The notes under the pieces are model-generated. The model saw only the letters and a list, made by a program, of their open reading frames with translations. It ran no database searches and had not been told where the DNA came from. Made by a program: the position numbers and the translations under genes. Below, piece by piece: positions 51,346 through 64,000 of a stretch of 64,000 nt of DNA. Source of the stretch: Octopus sinensis (taxonomy: Eukaryota); assembly GCF_006345805.1 (NCBI RefSeq), contig NC_042998.1:155186001-155250000 (forward strand), given 5' to 3'. Position 1 is the first letter of the stretch. Every line of letters begins with the position of its first letter.

Positions 51346-53269
51346 GACAAAGATTCTTTTGAGAGGGGTGAGTACTGGAGGAGGTGGCTGTGTGCAAGGT
51401 GACGAAAGATTAGAGCATGACAAAGAGACAAAAGTAGGTGTCTTGCAGTAGAGGAGATACATGATTACCACAGTTGGAAGGAGAGCGAGAGAATGGAAGA
51501 AAACAAGAATAAGTGTGATGGTGGTTATGTGCCAGGGCAAAATCTCAAGGTACGGGGATAAGAATATAAATTGGAAGATAGAGTATTGCTAAGGGTGTGT
51601 GAGTATGGAGTTCACATGAATGCAAAGGAGGAGGAATGGGGAGAATGCAACAACTGGTGAAACCTGGGTATATAGAAGGGAGACAACAGGATAATAACAA
51701 TACAACATACAGAGCAATGAGGACAGAAATGGGCTGCAGAAGTGGGAAGGGAAAGAAAAGTATAGGGCATGAAAAAAGAGGAAATGTGAGGAAAGGAGAT
51801 GTAGTTACATTTAGTGGAGTAGGGTACAAAGTCTATCAGATAGGCAGACAGATAAATAGATAGATAGTTCTAAATGGACTATGAAAATCTCTGAGAAAAA
51901 ATACATCTGTACTGTATCCAAGACCAGCAAAGCTCATGCAAAGCAAGTTTGTGAAAATAAGAACTACCTATCCATTTTGGCCCCTGTTCTATGATTACCA
52001 ATGCTACAACATATTTCCCAAAGAAGATACAAAGATGGAGGGCAAGAGCAAGGCAATGTACAAGAAACAATAGGTATGATATCAATGCATAGTTCAAAAA
52101 GTAGATAATGGAAGGGCATGGAAATGCAAAATATTTACATTACAATATTCAGAATGAGTTCTCTTTTATCAAGGTGTCAGTTAGCAAAAAAGTAATCTAA
52201 GTCAGGGTCTTTTACAATTAATTGTAAATGAAACAAAAGAAATTTCTGAAAATAAACATCTCTCACTTGCACTGCACTATTTTTGATAATGTTGTCTATA
52301 AAGAATTTATTAGATAACAAGCAGTTTCTGAATTTGACACTGAATCACTTCTGCATATTGTTGGTGTTGAACTATTTTCAATGTTACACCCTACTGATGC
52401 TGACGTCCATTTATTTGTCACACAATGCTATGGTGGCACATTGGTTATGAGCAGAAAAATTCAAATAAATACCAGAGGTTGTTTCTGCCCTCAATTTAGT
52501 AGCAGTTGACTGCAAATAAAATGTAAAGGCTGCTGAAGAAATGTTCAGTATAGTGCAGCAACTCTATTTGAGGCTAAGTCTACTGTACATCAGTACTTCA
52601 AGTACAGGAAAAAAAGGTGAACAGCTAACAGAGTTGAAAAGTTTGTCCAATACATGTTAGATCTATCAGCATGTGTGATGTCGCCTTATTTATTTTGGAT
52701 ACTCTATTGCATTTCAGTGAGGATACCAAGAGCAAATCACATATATGATTTTTGCTTGTGAACTTTTGTGTTCTTATATATATTCTTTGAACAAGTTTTG
52801 TTATAAATCAAACTTCTGGCAAAGATATTACAATCTTCACTGGATAATGAATACAGCAAGTAAATTGATATCCAGTGACACAGAGGATCATGATGTTGAA
52901 CAAAGTAAGCTTTGTAATTTTATGCCACATACAGTATATGGCATAAAATGAAGCAACAAACAATTCAACTTATTACAGACAGCCAGCCTATTTTGAAGAA
53001 GCCAGAATACAGGATAAGTTGACATAGTATTTGGTCAGTGAGGTTGTTAGAAGGTGGCAGGCAAGTAGTGAAGATACTTTTACTGATTTTTCATCATGTG
53101 ACCTTCACTTCTGTTATGGATTGGATTAATTCAGTGCTCCAATACTACTTTTCAGCAGAAAATTGTTTAGTGAAGAGTGTTTCCCCTCTTAGTCCCAAAA
53201 GTAACCAGTTTCACAAAATTAATGGTGTGAAATTCATGGCTGTAACATATTGGCTTAATATGGATGACT

Positions 53270-53740
53270 TGTAGCACGGAACAAGTAGCCAGTGCCATTT
53301 TGTATGAGATCATGCTGGCAGCCATTATCTTGTCTGAGACAAGAGTGAGATCTCATGTATAACTGTTGCCATGTGCAACACCACAACAAGGCTCTCCTCA
53401 ACAACGGCTATTTGAGCAGGTACGAAAGACATTCAACCTCTTAGTCTTCTCCAGCTTGCTTATGCTGAGAGACACTATGAAGCAGGCAGCTACAGTGGAC
53501 TCTAACCACATATGTTATTCTCCAGAGGTAATGTACCTCACATGAATGGAGATACCACAAGCCATGAAAATGGACACTTAGAATGGGACACAAGATCGGG
53601 AATCACAATAAATGATTATTAAATTGCATCCACTTGTAAGCTTCTTCTGTAAACACAAGCTCATTACATAAGACAAAAATTGATTATAATGGGAGAAGGT
53701 GATACTCTACCAGTGTCATGAACCTTTCCTTTCCCTTATA
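53270..53740 (+). repeat. 5' LTR
   Basis: TGTAGC...CCCTTATA; diverged direct repeat of 58384-58849. Confidence 0.92.
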
Positions 53741-56700
53741 AAACGGTGACCACAATGGAAAAAGGAAGCTTTATTGTGTAGATGTCTCAACTGAACCACA
53801 GACTGCTGGTTTTCACTCACTCTCAACTAATAAACAAATCAATGGCCACAACTCCAGCTATCCAACTTCCAGCAAGCCGTCCATCAACTTCTAGCAAACT
53901 GACCATCAACTTTCCTGTCTACTGCAATATTTGGATTGCCTCATGTGGTGAAACACAACATTACCAGTTCACCTACCATTTTCTGACGGTTCCTTCAATA
54001 ACAACAACAACAAAGAAAAGAAAAATTACAAACAAACAAAAAATAAATAAACGCACAAATATTTTTTTTTCAGCACTGTAACAAGTTTGGCGATCAAAAA
54101 CGGAATTTTTTCTTCCCTTTCATTGTACACACATTACCCAAACACTTCAGAAATTTTGCTAAGAAAAATTTTTTTTTCTCGCACACACGTTACTGTTCCA
54201 GCAACACTTTGTTGGTTCTTTGATCCTTTTCTTTTCCCTCCTCTGTAAAGAAAAAAAAAATTAGTCTTTCCCACTTACCAGCATACTCTGGTGATGTCAC
54301 GCGTTGATGCACCCAGTTGGATGCGTATTTTTCAGCCCATGCAGTGCCTCACCAACAGCAGCTAAGTCTCTTGTACTGTGGGATGCCTGCCCCCACCCAC
54401 TTGCATGCTCAGTGAAAGATCTTATCACTGACCCACATCTGGATGTGACTTACGTGTCTGTCAAATTTGAGGTTCTCCATCGGAACACCCAATCCGTCAA
54501 CAGTAAATTTCAGATGCTGGATGCAGGATGAGCACCTGGGAGATAGGATGCCATCTGAGTTTCTTCATTGTTTGCGTGAACTCAGTGACACACTGCTTGA
54601 GGACAATTCTCTGCTCAGAAAATTATTTTTCTCTCGGCTGCCGCCAAATGTCCAGTCCATACTGGCCACAGTGGTCGACTCGAATTCACTTGACCAGATA
54701 GCCACCATGGCAGACAATATCATAGAGTCCACTGTGCAGCCCACACCTCATCATACCTTTTTGGACACCATAGTAGCTTCCTCTACTACCACTAAGTCTT
54801 CTCTCTCATCACATGACAACATTTTGGAGAGAGTCGATGCATTAGTACGTCACATGGACACATGCCAGCTCTCGTTGTCCTTGCAGCAGAAGCTGTTCTA
54901 AGTCAAGGTCATCTAGTTTTAATCCAATGGTTTCCAATCTCTGCTGGTACCATGCCACATTTAAGGCAAAAGCCCATCGTTGCATCCAGCCCTGTTCGTT
55001 CAAGTTGTCGGGAAACTAGTTACGGAAGATTTGAGCATGTCAGACTCTTCCCGCAAATTCTCATATCACCGTCCATTCTTTGTTAAGGATTGTGTGTCTG
55101 GCAAAGCATTTATGGTTGACACCAGATCCAGCTGTTCTATTTGGCCTGTACGTCTTACTTTAGACAAGCCGAAGCAATCTGCCATTAACCTGCATGCGAT
55201 AAAAACTTACGTCAGGTCTCATTACATCTAGATCTCAAACTTCGAAGGGATTTTAGGCAGGTTTTGTTATAGCAGATCTACCATATCCCATTCTGGGCAC
55301 GGACTTCTTAAACCACTTACACTTATTAGTAGATGTCAAGGGACAGAGACTTGTGGACGATTCTACGTCTTTGTTCACGCCTACTCGCGTTACTACTAAA
55401 GCTATTTTCAGTCCGTCATTTTTGTCGCCACTGCTGGTGACCAATTCCACTCTCTTTTGGCTTCTTTCTCAGAACTAGTGGATCTGACTTTCAAATGAGT
55501 CAAAGTCACATACTCGACTTGCCATTATATCACTACTTCTGGACCACCTGTCTTTTCGCGTTCATGGTGACTCACTCCTGATTGGCTCAAAAAGGCTGAA
55601 TCTGAGTTTGAGCATATGCTTCAACTTGGTTTTATTCACCTCTCCACCAGCCATTGGGCATCTCCTCTACATTTGGCACAGAAAGGGGATTCAAACTTTC
55701 GTCCAGTGGGGGATTACAGACATTTAAATGCAGTCAGTGTTCCCGATCGCTATCCTATAAGGATTCTCCAGGATTTTTCTTCAAACTTGCATGGTTGTAC
55801 CATTTTTACCAAGGTTGACCTCATCTGAGCTTATCATCAAATTCCAGTGAACCCTGACGAGATTCCCAAAACTGCCATTATTACCCCCTTTGGAAATTTC
55901 GAGTTCCTGTTTATGAGCTTTGGCTTGCAGAATGCAACAAGCACATTCCAGAGGTTTATTGATGAAGTTGTCACTTATGTCGATGATTTGCTCATAGCTA
56001 GCAACACATGTGAAAATCATCTCCAATACTTATCTCAACTTTTTCGACGTCTTCATACCTACAATATGCGAATCAACCCTGATAAGTGTGTTTTTGGACA
56101 GGCTTCTCTGGAATTCTGAGGTCATTATATCGACTTTAATGGTATCCAATCTCTCTCCTCCAAAGTCGATGCAATTCAACGCATCTTACTTCCTACTTCT
56201 CTACACTAATTGCGTCACTTCTTGGGAATCATCAACTTCTACAGGAGATTCATACATAAATGTGCAGACAAGTTACTTCCCTTGACTCAACTATTGAAAG
56301 CAAATACAAAAAAAAAATACTCCTATCACTCTATCTGCCAAGACATTATCTTCTTTTGAGTCAATGAAGAAGGAAATAGCTTCTGTTCCCTTGTTTGCAC
56401 ACCCAGTTCCTAATGCTTGTCTCTCTTTAACAGTTGATGCATCAGATTCTGCAGTTGGTGCCATTTTGCAACATACAGTTGACAATCAAACTTGGCTTTT
56501 GGCATATTTTTCTTGTCAATTACAGCCAGCTGTGTGTCATTACAGTACATTTGATCATGAACTCATAGCGATCTACCTGTCAATTCGTCACTTTAAACAT
56601 CAACTCGAGGACTGGGATTTTGTGATTTATACTGATCACAAGCCTTTTACGTTTGCTCTGTCATCTAAATCGGACAAACACTCGCTTTGTGCTTTTTGTC

Positions 56701-58383
56701 ACCTGGACTACATTTCCCAGTTCACGTGTGACATTCGGCATATACCTGGAACAGAGAATTTGCCTGCTGATGCACTCTCTCATCTCCCTCTATGTTCTCT
56801 TTCAACTCCTGCTGCAGTTGATTTAACTACCGTTGCACTGGATCAGCCAGCTCTGGACACATTGGATCTAACTTCCGCTAAGCTGTCCTGTTGAAAGTTT
56901 GCCTGTCTTCCACTTCTGTTTGCTGAAGGCATAATCCTTTGTGACACAGCTACTGGTTCTCCCAGACCGTTTGTACCTGCAAACCACCAGCATTCTGTTT
57001 TTGATGCCTTGCTTCACTGCCACATCCTGGCATTGCTGCCTCAGTAAAGCTTATTACGGCTCGGTTTTTCTGGCCTAATATGCACCATATGATCACCGCT
57101 TGGGCATGCTCTTGTGTGAAATGCCAGCATTCTAAAGTCCACAGGCACATTCGTGCTCCTCTTGGACAGTTTTCTCTGCCACAGACTTGCTTTTGCCATG
57201 TCCACATTGATTTGGTTGGACCATAGTCTGTCAGTCACGGGTTCTCTTATATATTGACATGCATCGATCATTTCTCTTGTTGGCCTGAAGCCATTCCAAT
57301 AGTGGACATTTCCGTTGAGTCAGTTGCTCAAGCTTTCGTTTCTAACTGGATTGCTCGCTTTGGTGTCCCAGATAAAATAACCACTGATCGTGGATGCCCA
57401 TTCGAAGCTTCCTTATTTTGTGAATTGTCACAAATCTTGGGCATTCATCACATTCATACGACCAGCTACCATCCAGCTTCCAATAGGATGGTCAAACGTT
57501 TTCACAGGCAACTAAAGGCCACTCTATGCACTACTCCTGCTCCACAGTTTTGGACAGAATTCCTGCTTATCGTTCTTCTTAGTTGTCGCACTGTTGTTAA
57601 AGCAGACTTAGGTTTCTCCTCTGCTGAACTCCTTTACGGTACTGTCCTGGCACTCCCTGGTACAATGTTGGTGCCAGACAACTCATTGTGTCCTGATCCA
57701 ACGTCGTTTGTCACCAGACTTTGCTCGTATTTCTCAAATCTTCCACCCACGCATCCACGTGACCAGTTTATTCCCTCTCACGTCCCACCAGACATTGACA
57801 AATGGACTCATGTTTTTGTTCAGGATGATTCTGTCAAAGGACCTCTTGTTTCTCCTCATAAGGGACCATTTCGTGTGCTATCACGCACACCTAAAACTTT
57901 TAGTCTCAACATCAATGGTCGGGCAGAGACCATGTCAGTCAACAGACTTAAAAGGGCATATTTTGAGGTGTCCACACCCTTCAATAACACCCCAGCTACG
58001 CCCACTTTTGATCCTTTACAACCACCTGCACATGCACCTTTGACCACACCATCACCTACACTTCCACCTTCGTCGCCACTACCTAACACAATGAAACCCT
58101 ATGTCACCAGGACAGGCCGCACTGTGCATTGGTCCAAAAAACTCACCAGAACTATTTACAACTAACTTTTTTTTTCCTATGACAGACAATTGTTTTCTTG
58201 TGTGCTGAACAATTCCAATCCATGCCTCTTTTATATTGCTTGCAATTATTCTTCTCAACTTAACACATTTTGTATTATATTTTGTACCACATCCTGTTGT
58301 TTGCAATCAGTGGCCATCTTTTTTTTTCTTGTGCCTGCTCCAGTCATTCTAATTTCACACTAGCATTCTCAGGGGGGAGCCCT

Positions 58384-58849
58384 TGTAGCGTGGCACAAGT
58401 AGCCAGCACCATTTTGTATGAGATCTCGCTGGCAGCCATTATCTTGTCCAAGACAACCATTGCCATGTGTGACACCACAACGAGGCTCTCCTCGACAACG
58501 GTTACTTAAGCAGGTACGAAAGATGTTCAACCTCTTAGTCTTCTCCAGCTTGCTTACGCTGAGGGACACTAAGAAGCAGGCAGCTACAGTGGACTCTAAC
58601 CTACTCTAACCACATGTTATTCTCCAAAGGTAACGTACCTCACGTGAATGGAGATACCACAAGCCATGCACTACCATGAAGATGGACACCTAGAATGGGA
58701 CACAAGATCAGGAATCACAATAAATGATTATTAAATTGCATCCGCTTGTGAGCTTCTTCTTTCGTCATCTAGATCCATAAGACAAAAAATAATTGTAATG
58801 GGGGAAGGCAATACTCTACCGGTATCATGAAACTTTCCTTTCCCTTATA
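58384..58849 (+). repeat. 3' LTR
   Basis: Follows the polypurine tract; ends CCCTTATA followed by GACT. Confidence 0.92.
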
Positions 58850-59571
58850 GACTTAATAACAGAATGTTACAGTTCAAAATGTCTCACTGAGCAAAAGACG
58901 TGCATTTTGGATTCTTGGCTGAATTAGTTAAGTTTTTGCATCTTTACTGGCATATCTTGATTAGATATGCTATTTCTTTAAGGTCAACCAGAAGCATAGT
59001 AATTATACACACAAACACACACAGTTAGTACTCTAGATACATTCATAAAAATGCAGTGTTAAATGAACATCTTCGATCAAAATCATAACTATTGTTAACA
59101 TGTGATTTTAACTTAGTACAATGTACTGTGCTTCTGCTAATTGCTTTAGGTGCCTATGTAATCATGAGGAGATAGGCACCTTCTTAGACCTCCCACCCTG
59201 TGACTTAATGGAACATTGAAGATGTGACAGTTGAAGGGAAAGGGGACTGCATCAGCACTTGGTTGGTACTCCTTTTCAAGTGAGTTAGACTGGAATAATG
59301 TGAATGGAACACTTTATTCAAGGACATAATTAAATTCACAGATTGTGAATTTGATTTCTGGACTGGAATCAAATTATGAACCCAACTAGGCAATGCACCT
59401 TCAGTAGCAGAGTCATTTAGGCTATTTTAAACAGCGATCAAAAGAGGACTGAAAATGTCATGGAGAGAGAAGCATACAAAGTTTCTGACAGAGTCCTTCT
59501 TCATATTAAAGATGATAGAAAAACAAAAAAAAAAAGAGATAAACTGTAAAATTTTACACTTTTTATATTAA

Positions 59572-60470
59572 CCCTTTCGTTACTATATTTCTGACCAAAA
59601 TACACCCCTTATGTGTTTCAATTAATTTCTAACATAAACATAAATTTAGTCTGGTTTCATTAAACAACTATAACTTTTTTATTTATCAATATATTAATCT
59701 GATTTTTGGAAGATAATTTAATGAAATGTTCTCAACCAATTCTATACTATAATTTTTGTCACAAAGTGACTCTAATTGCAGGTAGATACAAGTAAATTCA
59801 ACAAAATATAAAATTATTAAAATTTTGTTCAAACATCGCTATAGAAAATGGGTTATTAGCTAATATTCAATTGGGTATATACAACAAAATTTTACGATAG
59901 AATTTGTTATTTTGGGTTACTTTCTGATACCCATAATAATATTTATGGCAAAATAGTCTTAATTTCATTTAAGGTTGTGGGAAACCACTAACTATCCTTT
60001 TTTTCGCTTTGTTTACATTTAGCGTAACGGTTCGTTTCCGCCGTAATGATTTCAAATAGGCTCATTCGAAAAAGTAAAAAGAAATAGTCTAAGGCTTTAC
60101 TCTCCTGGGAAAGTCTGTGGCTTGGTCCAGTTTCTTCAGAAAAATCACTCAAAGAAACAGTTTTTAAATTTTCACTCCATTCAGGTGCCAATTCATTTTC
60201 TTTATCGCTGTCGGAGCTCTCGGATTCACTGTTTTCACTTTTGGAAAATGAAACATCAGATTCATTATCAAATACCACATGCTTTTTTTTTTTAGTCATA
60301 GAGTTAGATTTATCAAGGTCTTCAGTAGAAAATCCTTCGAATTCTGACTCGCTGCTTGATATAATGAAATTCGTATCCATTTTTTGTCAGAATTACAAAT
60401 TTTGAAAACACAATAGGAACAAATTTCGGAAAAAAATCTCCCAAAATTCACGGAATTAAAATTACACTCC
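59572..60470 (-). mobile_element. piggyBac remnant (one terminus plus transposase N-terminus, internally deleted)
   Basis: TTAA|CCCTTTCG terminus at 59568-59579. ORF 59988-60380 has an acidic N-terminus then ALDYFFLLF..LFEIITAETNRYA. Confidence 0.75.
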
Positions 60471-60968
60471 GTCTTTACACTGGTCAGTGGTAAAGCAGGG
60501 GAAGGTACAAGAAAAGTAGTAACTTGTGAAGGAGGAGGTGATAAGTGGCAGTACAGGAAAGGAGGAGAGCAGCAGTATAACAAATCTGTAGGTAAATTAG
60601 AAAATATATTGATGATGTGTGGGATAGGAGAAAGGGAGGAGAAGAGCCATGTATGTGACAGAGATGAATGTCAGAAGTATGTAGGGGTGGCTATAGTGAG
60701 TGGAGAATAATAATGGAGGGTTTCAACAGCAGATATGCTAGGGTGATGAGAATAGTAGCAGATAAGAGAGGTTGTGAAAGATAAGGTAATGTATCTCAGG
60801 GAGGCAAAATATGAGTAATTGTTGAAAAAAAAGTTTGAAGAAATGATACGTGAGAAAGCTTTTAAAAGAAGTTCAGGAGTGTGTGTGTGTGTGTGTGTAT
60901 GGGAAATATGTGCATATTCTATTCTCATGTGATTATAGTACTGAAAACTGCCATAATCAGAAGAGTGC

Positions 60969-61475
60969 CATAGTCCGTCCTTGAGTATAATACGCAGGGG
61001 ATTTTTAGGGGGCTGTACCTCTGAAAAATCTAAACCTTGTGTATAATATGCACCCCTTCTCTAACTTGAGTCAAAGAGGTCTATATAACGTCCTTGGTTT
61101 GTAAAAATGTATAAGATAATGTCCTTTAATATTATTATATATATAACATAATGCAAACATGTCGCTTTTTTGTGCATTTTGTTTGCAGAAAATAAAGAAA
61201 TAACAGTAATAACAGTAATAACATTTAATAAATGTTGCTTACTGCAAGTTATGGATGATTCTTTTATGACTTCATTGCTTTCAGGCTTAGCTTAAGGTAT
61301 TTTCGTGCCCAATATCACAAAATGCATCTGAATAAACATTTCTGGACAGCAAATAGAGACTCGGACATTGCTTAGAAGATATTTTTCATTTTTAACCTCG
61401 TATATAGTATGCACTAGGGATTTTGACCTTTAAATTTTTGGGGAAAAAATTCGGATTATACTTGAGGATTTACGG
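60969..61475. mobile_element. pogo/Tc2-like non-autonomous element
   Basis: Imperfect termini TCCTTGAGTATAAT..CG and CGGATTATACTTGAGGATTTACGG|TA. Confidence 0.45.
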
Positions 61476-61599
61476 TAATAGCAAGGTGAGAGGAAGATGA
61501 ACAGTAGAGAAAGCTTGATGGGGACAGATTACATGCCAGGGCAGGGCCTAGTGAGGGTACAGACATAAATATCAAGAAGGATGGATCTTCTCAAGTGCC

Positions 61600-64000
61600 A
61601 ATCATCTTAGTCCTTTGTGGTCTACTATTCGAGGCACAGCATCATGAGATCAACCTTCACTACATCATTCCATGTCTTTTTGGGTCTCTCTCTTCCACAA
61701 GTTCCATCCACATTTAGTGATTGGCACATCTTTTTATAGCTGCCATTATCCATCCACATCACATGACCATACTAGTACAGTCTTCTCTTTTCAACACTAT
61801 AGAGCTGATTCTTCCTATACCTAATTTTCTTCTCAATACTTTAGCTTTTTGTTGTACATGTACACTGATATTATACATCTAATGAAGCATACTAGCTTCA
61901 TTCCTCTTTAGTCTTCATATGACTTTAGTATTCATAACCACATCACACTAACACATAGCATTGCTGTTCATACACAAGCATCATACAATCTGCCTTTCAC
62001 TCAGAGAAAAAGTAGCTGATAAAGATTATATCTCTCTGAACTTTCTCCATCCTGTTCTAATTCTAGCAACAATACTTTCTGAACATCCTCCGTCACTGCT
62101 AATTAGGTCACAAAAACTATCTATAACCTCTAGGAAGTCTTCTGGACATTAGAGAAAATCTGTTTCTCATTTGTACTTTGTGTTTAATGCTCCAGCACAT
62201 TTTCCACATACAAACACTACTTTCTATGTTAACCTTTCTGTGATCCTACTGCACCTCTTGTGTGGCCATAGTTTGCACTGAGTACAGCATGTGGAAATTA
62301 TTTTCTAATTCTACTAAAGATTCAGTTGTAAAAACGTCTTCAGTATATAGTAGTTCTCAAGGGCAACCATCTTAAATTCTTGTTATGGCTGAAGGACTAT
62401 GAAGCATAGGAGGGGACTAAGATCCAAGCCTTGCTGAACTCTTTTCTGTACACTAAATTCTTTGCTGTACTCATTGCTAACTCTCATTTTACTGATTGTA
62501 CCCTTATATAATAGTTGTACAACTCTAATAAACCATTTGTCAACATGAAGCTTCCTCAGGGACCACCAAGATTACAGAATGAAGCTTTCTCCAGGTCTCA
62601 ATGTAGCTTATTTGTAGCTAAATACTTCTCCAGCAGTTGGTTTACTAGAAAGATGACATCAGTAATACTTCGCCCTGGAACAAAATCAAACTGCTTCTCA
62701 TCTAACTCCTGTAATTTTCAAGATCTGGTTCAGCAATTAGATCTCTCTGAAATTACTACTACATAAGGCACATCCTTTACCCTTGTAACAGTTAACCATG
62801 ATGCTGTAAACCAGTCATTGGGTGCAACTCCTTGTATAACCTAATTAACTATACAGGTGACTAAGTCATATCCTACTCCACCAGATAATTTAAGCATTTC
62901 AGCAGTGATTCCTGATGAACCAGAAACTTTCTATGCCTGCATATTCTTAATTGCTTTATCTTTTATACTATTGTTAACTACAATAACTGGTCCCTTGTTT
63001 GGTCCACACAAGAAAGGTTCTCTTTTTTCCCCCCATGCAATTTCTACATTTAATAGCCTTTCATAGTAGCTTTTCCATGTCTTTATCTTTTCAATAACAC
63101 AAAAGTGCAAGTATACTATTATTCATCTGCACATGATCATCGCTCACATCTCAATTCTCTCTGAGATACTCTTTTGCTTTTTGGAATACTTCATTCCTCT
63201 GACCCCCATTGCTGTAAAACATTAGCAAACCTCTTCCTTTCTGCTTCTCTCATTTTTAAATATACTTGTTGCCTGGCTTTTTTTTTAGCTACCTTGGTAT
63301 AGTTTTCTGCTGTACCTATTCTAACAATCCTTCCAAGCCTGCTTCTTTGCTTTTATGTGTCTTTCTACTTTACTGTTCCACCACCACATCACCCTCAATT
63401 TTGCTCTTGTCACAGATTTTGTCCATCACCCTCAATAGGCTGTTTGCAAAGGACTACCACTTCTCCTCTACATTATACATTTCTAATCTCTCCCTCCTTC
63501 TCTTCAAATACTTCAACAAGTACTTCTCTAAATTTATGACAGTTCACTGTATCATTAAGCTTCCTATCTTCCTTTACCATATTGGTTTGCATCTCAGTCC
63601 TCTTAGCTCTAAATCTGAAGTCCTTAGCCTCGGCTTATGTTGGGTTTTAGGACTTTGAAGGACTTTGCATTTACAAACATCTGTTTATCCTGTTTCATGA
63701 TGAAAATGTAGTCAATCTGGCTTGTCTACCCACTAGATTAATAGGTAATCAAGTGGCTGGAAGTTTCTCGAAGTTTGTGCTGAAAATCGTCAGGTTATTT
63801 GCATCACAGAACTCAAAGAACGTTGTTCCCTCATTTCTAGGACCTAAGTCATAGCCTCCATGTATACTTTGGAATTCATGCCCACTGAAGTCACCACTCA
63901 CAAAAATAAGTTCACTGTCATTCATCACAGAGGTAATCTGCAAAAGGGATTTGTAAAAATCAGTACTTTTGTTTAGCAGAGATAAATGTTGCAGTCATGC
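61600..64000 (-). mobile_element. Old RTE-clade LINE (APE end plus RT), runs off the window
   Basis: IFVSGDF..IHGG..RNEG..FEFCDANNLTI; QFDFVPGRSITDVIF; homologous to 29000-30700. Confidence 0.8.

Larger units (their letters stand above)
53270..58849 (+). mobile_element. Full-length degenerate Gypsy LTR retrotransposon (CsRn1-like)
   Basis: LTRs 53270-53740 and 58384-58849; target-site duplication GACT; polypurine tract AGGGGGGAG; PBS-like CGGTGACCAC. Gag CWYHATFKAKAHRCIQPC (Cx2Hx9Cx3C), protease MVDTR, RT YVDD, RNase H TVDAS/YTDHKP, integrase DHFS/TTDRG. Confidence 0.95.

Noticed and set aside
51880-53000. Faint transposase-like words (..KKIQRWR.., ..HLFVTQCYGG)
   Set aside because: Single weak motifs with many stops; cannot be supported.

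Overview
AT-rich animal genomic DNA, not prokaryotic. The SINE/RTE repertoire, (GAT)n-tailed RTE 3' UTRs and long (TA)n/(CA)n microsatellites look like an octopus (cephalopod) genome; this is inferred from recognised repeat families. Most of the window is intronic and filled with degenerate mobile elements. Retroelements: three Penelope-like elements plus remnants, a head-to-head pair of Tx1/L1-clade LINEs, several RTE LINE pieces, a CR1-type LINE split by an RTE, a full-length Gypsy LTR element with target-site duplication, and SINEs. DNA transposons: Tc1 IR/DR, mariner, hAT, Chapaev-like, piggyBac, pogo-like and two Helitron-like elements. By hand I traced about nine small, mostly phase-compatible exons on the minus strand (49247 down to 273). 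They resemble a FAM227-family gene but carry in-frame stops. The most notable non-coding signals are three type-I hammerhead-ribozyme motifs: one in the shared 3' tail of the Tx1 pair, one inside a perfect ~197-bp palindrome, and one inside a Helitron-like element. The window also has many inverted duplications. All alignments and folds were done by eye, and family assignments rely on recalled motifs, not database searches.
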